Below are positions 58,801-64,000 of a stretch of 64,000 nt of DNA, in pieces. Made by a program: the position numbers and the translations under genes. The stretch comes from Thermoanaerobaculia bacterium (lineage in GTDB: Bacteria > Acidobacteriota > Thermoanaerobaculia > Gp7-AA8). The stretch spans positions 2,097 to 66,096 of the forward strand of contig DATKCA010000283.1 of the NCBI GenBank assembly GCA_035544675.1, given 5' to 3'. The notes beneath the pieces are model-generated. The model had not been told where the DNA came from. It ran no database searches and saw only the letters and a list, made by a program, of their open reading frames with translations. The stretch's first letter is position 1. The number at the start of each line of letters is the position of its first letter.

Positions 58801-59543
58801 ATCAGCCCCTGGCTCCGAAGCTCGTGGCCTACATGCCCGAGATCAAGAAGGCCACCGGCATCGCGGTGCAGTTCCGGTATGCCTTCGTGACCGACGGCCA
58901 GGCCATTCACACAATCAACGTCACCGATCCGACACGGCCGCGTCTGACCGCGTCCCTCCCTCTGGAGGAAGCGCGCAATGTCTACGTGGCCCGGACCTAC
59001 GCATATGTGGCGGGTGGGAAACAGGGTGTGATCATCGTGGACATCGAGCGCCCGGAGGCGCCGAAGATCGATCAGATCTACAACGCCGACGGCGAGCTGC
59101 ACGACGTGTACGACGTCAAGGTGGCCTCTACGAATGCCAGCACGTATGCATACGTCGCCGACGGTGAGCACGGCATCAAAGTCCTGCAGCTCTCCTCACC
59201 GGAGTGGGGCCCGAACTACGCCGGCTTCAGTCCGCGGCCGATGCCGCAGCTGATCGCCAAGCGGCATACGCACGGCAAGGCCGTGTCCATCTCCAAGGGA
59301 ATGGACCGCGACCGCGCCGTCGATGAGAGCGGCAACCAGGTCTCGATCTTCAACCGCATCGGGTCACGGCCGATGACGACCCCGGAACTGCAGCGGCTGT
59401 ACATGCGCGACGGCCGCATCTACACGGTCAGCGATAGACCTTCCACGCGACCACAGGGAAGCACGACGGTCACTGAGAACCCTGCGACCAAGCCGCAGGT
59501 ACCAGTGGTCCAGAAACCTGCCACGAAGCCGGTGACGAGGTGA
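55812..59543 (+). CDS. secreted decahaem c-type cytochrome fused to LVIVD-repeat beta-propeller region
   Basis: Signal peptide. Ten CxxCH (CLSCH, CTDCH, CGDCH, CTACH, CMSCH, CSDCH, CQDCH, CYACH, CFGCH, CSSCH) in first ~780 aa. C-terminal 450 aa with LVIVD-like repeats (GLILVDV, GLAIVDVDQP, YAFVTDGQAIHTINV, YAYVAGGKQGVIIVDI, YAYVADGEHGIKVLQL). Confidence 0.8.
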   Translation: MKKTFFVVLIAAAVAATLFAATQQGEPVRAPQTSPLMGQTQAQADEKSSGCLSCHEGIEPMHASAAVKLGCTDCHGGNAGVMASRIDDEDAKNRAHILPRNKEIWKTSRNPVGTYTALLKESAEFVKFMNPGDLRVSKETCGDCHPQQVAAVPRSTMSTAAVFWAAVSYANGLISKKPGLLGESYNREGNPQILRPAVPPTPEQIAKGALPLVVPLPRWEIFQPGEYFRAFERGGLLNNTIPPEVGNPNPLLGDEAGKPDIRVSNRGRGTGSRVSPGLINLQKTRLNDPHLSFLGTNEHPGDYRSSGCTACHVVYANDRDPLHSGQWAKYGHVGLSQTGDKTIPKDEKGHPIKHQFTRAVPTSQCMSCHMHQPNSFVNTYLGYLMWDYESDGELMWPKEQKYPTPDERRKSLDHNPEGAAVRGLWTDIDFLERVSSLNPQAKNTQFADYHGHGWNFMAVFKRDKKGNFLDANDTIVSKDDPEKFKKAVHLRDIHLERGMHCSDCHFSRDEHGDGQLYSEYGTNIEIECQDCHGRLDRNTNLRTSGPLAPPGGTDLRLGTTPFGQRRFIWSNGILYQRSMVNPGMEWVVRQVRDTVTRGHQHYNDKSHYAKTVQRGGAGWGNTSNVAHSEDKITCYACHSSWMTSCFGCHLPQEQNARSNALHYEGTETRNYASYNPQVLRTDVFMLGVNSPLKGAKIAPVRSSSALTLSSINPNRQRIYIQQAPISAPGYSSQAFNPHVPHTVRSKETQACSSCHISEANDNNAWLAQTYLQGTNFVNFVGRFAWVATGDDGFEAIAVTEWEEPQAVIGSYLHKLAYPDWYANHQKRKKELAEGYHHHGHAKMVQLRGEYLYAANGDRGFEAYDVANVDNKDFSERMISAPSSPIGQRTFIKSKYAAAFSLPTNMPIDPTRETTSIPENQEQPWHPLYRYAYIADKYEGLILVDVTTLTDGDPLNNFFTRALTWNPEDRLHGAQSIHVAGRWVYIGTEKGLAIVDVDQPLAPKLVAYMPEIKKATGIAVQFRYAFVTDGQAIHTINVTDPTRPRLTASLPLEEARNVYVARTYAYVAGGKQGVIIVDIERPEAPKIDQIYNADGELHDVYDVKVASTNASTYAYVADGEHGIKVLQLSSPEWGPNYAGFSPRPMPQLIAKRHTHGKAVSISKGMDRDRAVDESGNQVSIFNRIGSRPMTTPELQRLYMRDGRIYTVSDRPSTRPQGSTTVTENPATKPQVPVVQKPATKPVTR

Positions 59544-60871
59544 TAGCGATGAAGAGACTCATTCCGGGTGCGGTCGTAGCTCTCCTGTTGATAGCTTCCG
59601 TGGCCGCTCAGCAGCCAGCCACCACTCCTCCGCCCGCGCCCACCGCCACTCCACCGGCAGGAACGGTCGGCAAGTACGTCGGCGTGGCCTCGTGTGTGAA
59701 CTCCGGCTGCCACGGCAGCACCGAGCCGCTCAACCAGACTCGGGCGCTTCAGAACGAGTACTACACGTGGTTGAACAACGACCGTCACGCGCAGGCGTAC
59801 AACGTCCTGTTCAACAACGTTTCGGCGCGCATCGCCAAGAACATGCGTCTTCGCAGAAGGGCGTATGAAGAGAAGATGTGCCTGGACTGCCATACCACCA
59901 ACGTTGCTGCCAGCCAGGTCGTCGGCAACATCGACCCCGAGGACGGCGTGCAGTGCGAGGCCTGTCACGGGCCGGCCAGCGGCTGGCGCGACGAGCACAC
60001 CCAGCTCGGATGGACGCACGCAGACTCGGTCCGGCGCGGTCTGAACGATCTCCGCGACGTCTCCCGCCGCGGCGAGCAGTGCCTCACCTGCCACCTCGGT
60101 AATGCCAGCAAGGAAGTCGACCACGACCTCATCGCGGCCGGGCATCCCATCCTGGCCTTCGAGCTCGACAACTACACCGAGTCGATGCCGCCGCATTGGA
60201 CCGCGGGCCGCGAGTCCCACGGACTCCGGGCCTGGGCCGTCGGACAGGTCGTGAAGTTCCGTGACTCCCTCGACAACGTGGCTCGACACGCCCGCGGCGA
60301 CAAGTGGCCGGAGTTCGCGGACATGAGCTGTTACAACTGCCATCACGGGCTGAAGGCCAGCACGTGGAGGCAGGAGCGCGGCTGGCCGGATCGTCCCGGC
60401 CTCCCGGCCTGGAGCCCGCAGCACTGGGCGGCCCTGCGCATCCTGATCGCGAGGATCTCGCCGCAGGTGCGCAACGAGCTGGACCCGGTCGTCCGCGACC
60501 TCTCCATCGCCGTGGCGCGGATGAACAACCGTGATGCCATCGTGACCAGCGCTCAGCGGGCCCGCCGCCTCGTCGAGCCGCTCGTGGCCAGGGCCGAGGC
60601 CATCTCCTGGAATGACGCCGACGTGCGCACGATGATGCGCGCCATCGCCGACGACCGCGAGTTCATCCTGGCCTCCGACGTTCACGCCGCCGAGCAGGCC
60701 GCGCTGTCCCTGCAGAGCCTTTCCACGACGCTGACCCGCCGCGACCGCAGGCTGCTGCGCTCGACCATGACCCGCGCCATCGACGCGCTCTTCGAAGAGC
60801 TGGAAAGCCGCGACGACTACGACCCGGCCAGGTTCGCGCAGAAGCTGCAGGCCGTCAGAGCAACGCTGTAA
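59540..60871 (+). CDS. secreted pentahaem c-type cytochrome (4x CxxCH + 1x CX4CH)
   Basis: Signal peptide + Pro/Thr linker. CVNSGCH (CX4CH), CLDCH, CEACH, CLTCH, CYNCH. Start overlaps upstream stop. Confidence 0.72.
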   Translation: MIAMKRLIPGAVVALLLIASVAAQQPATTPPPAPTATPPAGTVGKYVGVASCVNSGCHGSTEPLNQTRALQNEYYTWLNNDRHAQAYNVLFNNVSARIAKNMRLRRRAYEEKMCLDCHTTNVAASQVVGNIDPEDGVQCEACHGPASGWRDEHTQLGWTHADSVRRGLNDLRDVSRRGEQCLTCHLGNASKEVDHDLIAAGHPILAFELDNYTESMPPHWTAGRESHGLRAWAVGQVVKFRDSLDNVARHARGDKWPEFADMSCYNCHHGLKASTWRQERGWPDRPGLPAWSPQHWAALRILIARISPQVRNELDPVVRDLSIAVARMNNRDAIVTSAQRARRLVEPLVARAEAISWNDADVRTMMRAIADDREFILASDVHAAEQAALSLQSLSTTLTRRDRRLLRSTMTRAIDALFEELESRDDYDPARFAQKLQAVRATL

Positions 60872-60911
60872 GCCTTCCTCTTTGGAGCGCCGCCGAGTCG
60901 GCGGCGCTCCA

Positions 60912-61766
60912 CTACCTGGCGCGGTACAGCTTCATGACCCAATCCGGCACATCGGGTTGCGCGGGCGGCTTCTTCCCATCGTCGAGGGCCCAGCGATGCA
61001 GCCACGACAGGCCGCGGCGCCCCACGTACGCGTCGTTGCGCCGGTAGGCCGGGTCCTCGAGAGCTTCGTCGATGCTGACGAACCTGTAGCCGCGACGCCG
61101 GGCCATCGCTGCCAGTGAATCGAGCGCGTCGGCGTTGAGCCGGTTGTCATGCAGCAGCAGGATCTGCGGCAGCTCGTACCCGAGGGTGTCGCGCGACAGC
61201 TGCTCGTAGAAGGCGAAGATCGACTCCATGTAGCGGAGGTAGTCGGCGCGGATCCGCACGGCCAGTGCCTCATCCGCGCCCGCGTAGACGGCGGCGTAGA
61301 TGTACTCGTCGTTGTCGATCGTCACGACGGCATTCGTGTAACCGCGCTCTGTCAGAAACCGCTCGAACGCGCGTTTCTTCGCCAGCTCGGTGCCACTGCG
61401 CAGGAACGGAAAGCGGAAGTAGCGCGGCTTCGCCGGCAGCGCCTTCTCCAGCGCGATGACGTCCTCTTGAAACTGTTCCAGAGGCACCACGTTGAAGTCT
61501 CGGTGCGAGGCAGTGTGGTTTCCGAGCTCGATGCCTGCATCGGTCCAGATACGGTAGAGAGCGGAGCAGCGTGTCCCCACCGCCAGGCCGAGGGCGGGAA
61601 TGCGGTTCCTTTTGATGGCGGCCACCAGGTCGCGGTTCGTGGCCGCGGAGCAGCCGTGCGGAACGTCGTCGAAGGTGAAGGCGACGGCGCGCTTTGATGG
61701 AGCGTTGTCCGCCGCCAGGAATGGCGGCGCTCCACTGAGCAGCGCGGCCAGGAGGATCGCGATCAC
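60912..61766 (-). CDS. polysaccharide deacetylase (NodB-homology, CE4) family protein
   Basis: GTG start 61766 overlapping gltA stop (GTGA). NodB motifs TFDD and GNHTASH. Signal peptide. Confidence 0.7.
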   Translation of the reverse strand: MIAILLAALLSGAPPFLAADNAPSKRAVAFTFDDVPHGCSAATNRDLVAAIKRNRIPALGLAVGTRCSALYRIWTDAGIELGNHTASHRDFNVVPLEQFQEDVIALEKALPAKPRYFRFPFLRSGTELAKKRAFERFLTERGYTNAVVTIDNDEYIYAAVYAGADEALAVRIRADYLRYMESIFAFYEQLSRDTLGYELPQILLLHDNRLNADALDSLAAMARRRGYRFVSIDEALEDPAYRRNDAYVGRRGLSWLHRWALDDGKKPPAQPDVPDWVMKLYRAR

Positions 61767-63055
61767 GAGCGCTTCTTGATGTCGGTGTACTGGCGCCGGA
61801 CGGCCCCGGTGTAGATCTGGCGCGGGCGCGCGATCTTCTGGTCGGCGTCCTCGAGCATCTCCTGCCACTGCGCCAGCCACCCCGAGACGCGCGGGATGGC
61901 GAAGAGCACGGTGAACATCTCCATCGGGATCCGCATGGCCTGGTAGATGAGACCGGAGTAGAAGTCGACGTTGGGATACAGCTTCCGTTTCGCGAAGTAG
62001 TCGTCTTCCAGAGCGATGCGCTCGAGCTCCAGGGCGATGTCCAGGAGGGGATTGCGGCCGGTGACGTCGAAGACCTCGTCAGCGACCTTCTTGATGATCG
62101 TGGCGCGCGGGTCGTAGTTCTTGTAGACCCGGTGACCGAAGCCCATGAGCCTCACGCCATCGCCGGCTTTCACCTTCTTGATGAAGTCGGGCACGTTCTT
62201 CACGGACCCGATCTCATCGAGCATGTGAATGACTGCTTCGTTGGCGCCGCCGTGCAGCGGGCCGTAAAGCGCGGCGGCGGCCGCGGCCACGGCCGAATAG
62301 GGATCGACGTGCGAGCTGCCCACGGCCCGCATCGCGTTCGTCGAGCAGTTCTGCTCGTGATCGGCGTGGAGGATGAACAGCACATCCAGCGCACGCTCCA
62401 GCGCCGGGCTCGGCTCGTACTTGTGCTCCGTCATCCGGAACATCATGTTCAGAAAGTTGCCCGGGTAGCTGAGGTCGTTGTCGGGATACGCGTACGGCAT
62501 CCCGATGCGATGGCGGTAGTTGAAGGCCGCGATGGTGATCACCTTGGCGATGAGCCGGATGACCTGCTTCTGGCGCCCTTCCACGTTGAAGATGTCGGAT
62601 GACTCCGGATAGAACGTTCCCAGCGCGCTGATCGTCGAGATCAGGCGTCCCATGGGATGGGCGTTGTAGCGGAAGGCGTCCAGGAGGCTCTTCAGCTTCT
62701 CGTTCAGGATCGTGTGGTGCGTGATCTCGTGCGTCCAGGAGTCGAGCTCGGTCCTGCCGGGAAGCTCGCCGTACATCAGCAGATAGGAGGTTTCGAGGTA
62801 CGTGCTCTTCTCGGCGAGCTGCTCGATGGGATAGCCGCGGTACTCCAGGATGCCCTTGTCGCCGTCGATGAATGTGATGGCGCTGCGGCAGGCGGCCGTG
62901 TTCATGAACGCCGGGTCGTACGTCATCAGGCCGAAGTCGTCCGCGTCGACCTTGATCTTCCGCAGATCGATGGCCTTGACGGTGCCCTCGCTGATCGGCA
63001 GCTCGTAGGTCTTCCCCGTTCGGTTGTCGGTGATGGTGAGCGTATCGCTGGCCAA
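61763..63055 (-). CDS. gltA: citrate synthase
   Basis: TTG start 63055 with GGAGG 7 nt upstream. The 549-aa ORF upstream extension is Arg/Gly-rich junk. Signature GFGHRVYKNYDPRA, catalytic His/Asp regions. Confidence 0.9.
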   Translation of the reverse strand: MASDTLTITDNRTGKTYELPISEGTVKAIDLRKIKVDADDFGLMTYDPAFMNTAACRSAITFIDGDKGILEYRGYPIEQLAEKSTYLETSYLLMYGELPGRTELDSWTHEITHHTILNEKLKSLLDAFRYNAHPMGRLISTISALGTFYPESSDIFNVEGRQKQVIRLIAKVITIAAFNYRHRIGMPYAYPDNDLSYPGNFLNMMFRMTEHKYEPSPALERALDVLFILHADHEQNCSTNAMRAVGSSHVDPYSAVAAAAAALYGPLHGGANEAVIHMLDEIGSVKNVPDFIKKVKAGDGVRLMGFGHRVYKNYDPRATIIKKVADEVFDVTGRNPLLDIALELERIALEDDYFAKRKLYPNVDFYSGLIYQAMRIPMEMFTVLFAIPRVSGWLAQWQEMLEDADQKIARPRQIYTGAVRRQYTDIKKRS

Positions 63056-63084
63056 GTGGCTACCTCCGCGGGCGCGTAAATCTA

Positions 63085-63789
63085 TCAGATGTCGCCATGG
63101 CGTGCAGCGATGATGGCCGTCGCTGCGATGGCCGCGGTCTCGGCGCGAAGGCGTCGCGGGCCGAGTCGCTGGAACACGCAGCCGCTGCGGCGCGCCAGCG
63201 CGATCTCCTCTTCGCTCCAGCCCCCTTCCGGACCGACCAGCAGCGTCACTTCCGTGAGCGCGGCCGGTGCCGGATCCGCTGCGGCATCGGCATCGAAGAC
63301 GATCCTGGTCATGCCGGCCTTGACCGCCTCCCCGAACGTCGTGGCCGGCTCCACAGGCGGAACGACCGCCCGGCCGCACTGCTTGGCCGCCTCGAACACG
63401 ATCTTCTCCCATCGCCCGGCTCTGCCGCGGTAACGCTCCGGACGGATCTCCACTCGATCGGTGATGAGAGGGATGATGGAGCGCACTCCCAGCTCGGTCG
63501 CCTTCTGCAGGACCAGCTCGAACTTCTCCAGCTGGATGATTGCCACGGCCAGGTGCACGGCGATGCGCGCCTCCCGCGACGGCAGCTCCTGCTCCACCAT
63601 GACCGTGACGTGGTCGCGTCCAACCAGGCGCACCTTGCCCGATGCCAGGGCGCCACGCCCGTCGAACAGCTCGACCTCTTCCCCTTCCCGCACCCGTGCC
63701 ACGCGAACGGCATGGTGGAACTCCTCGCCGCCCACGACGACCTCCGTCGCCGGCAGGATGGGACCCGTCACGAAGATGCGGTGCCGCAC
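63085..63789 (-). CDS. rsmE: 16S rRNA (uracil1498-N3)-methyltransferase
   Basis: RsmE family (PUA-like N-terminus, SPOUT C-terminus GPEGGWSEEE). Confidence 0.82.
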   Translation of the reverse strand: MRHRIFVTGPILPATEVVVGGEEFHHAVRVARVREGEEVELFDGRGALASGKVRLVGRDHVTVMVEQELPSREARIAVHLAVAIIQLEKFELVLQKATELGVRSIIPLITDRVEIRPERYRGRAGRWEKIVFEAAKQCGRAVVPPVEPATTFGEAVKAGMTRIVFDADAAADPAPAALTEVTLLVGPEGGWSEEEIALARRSGCVFQRLGPRRLRAETAAIAATAIIAARHGDI

Positions 63790-63793
63790 GCCT

Positions 63794-64000
63794 TATGCCT
63801 CCGCCACGATGTCGGCGCGGCGCGGCGCGAGCAGCTTCTCGCCGCGGATGGCCGGGACCAGGAGCAGGCCGGGAACGCCGAGCACCAGCGTCAGCCAGAA
63901 GTAGCCCGTGTAGCCCATGCCCTCGGCGAGGAGGCCGCTCACGGAGCCGATGCCGAAACGCGTGAACGCGAACGCGGCGCTGAGCAGCGCGTAATGCGTG
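63794..64000 (-). CDS. C-terminal end of an MFS-type transporter (AmpG-like), gene continues beyond window
   Basis: Hand translation of minus strand: ...YALLSAAFAFTRFGIGSVSGLLAEGMGYTGYFWLTLVLGVPGLLLVPAIRGEKLLAPRRADIVAEA*. Hydrophobic TM helices. Confidence 0.45.

Noticed and set aside
61767-61880. Upstream extension of polysaccharide deacetylase ORF
   Set aside because: Overlaps the citrate synthase 3' end in another frame. A GTG at 61766 gives a proper signal peptide and stop/start overlap.

Overview
High-GC (~68%) chromosomal segment, densely coding, from a soil-type bacterium. FHA-domain signalling proteins are unusually frequent, and Acidobacteriota-like codon usage is only a low-confidence guess. 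Most of the window is housekeeping: a pfk 3' end, enoyl-CoA hydratase, aldo/keto reductase, aldehyde dehydrogenase, a two-subunit molybdenum hydroxylase, a livKHMGF-type ABC transporter, acpP-fabF, guaB, ligA, the hrcA-grpE-dnaK-dnaJ operon, prmA, gltA and rsmE. A family of intergenic 7-bp-periodic tandem/inverted repeats (CCTCGGG / CCTAAGG / CCTTAGT / GATGAAG units) recurs at at least nine loci. The stand-out locus is a tightly packed co-directional gene string at 45331..60871. It reads as a complete cytoplasm-to-outside electron-transfer route wired to FHA (phospho-threonine) signalling. The parts are: a PATAN(DUF4388)-FHA protein; a TR-type FNR fused to two cNMP-binding domains and four [4Fe-4S] motifs; a membrane protein with two H-x13-H pairs (dihaem-b-like); an inner-membrane protein with two cytoplasmic FHA domains flanking a periplasmic decahaem cytochrome c domain; a secreted tandem GlcG/HbpS(DUF336) protein; a ~670-aa outer-membrane beta-barrel; a 1243-aa decahaem cytochrome with LVIVD beta-propeller repeats; and a pentahaem cytochrome with one CX4CH site. 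I am not aware of this combination being described as a system. Other points: a frameshifted tandem GT39-like paralog; a mini-EmbR-like wHTH-FHA regulator; an APC permease - Rieske oxygenase - PAS-GGDEF-EAL operon; a low-GC islet with two tiny ORFs; an AT-rich perfect palindrome ahead of a FAD oxidoreductase; and a degenerate CIRCE in the hrcA leader. No rRNA, tRNA, CRISPR or obvious transposase was seen.
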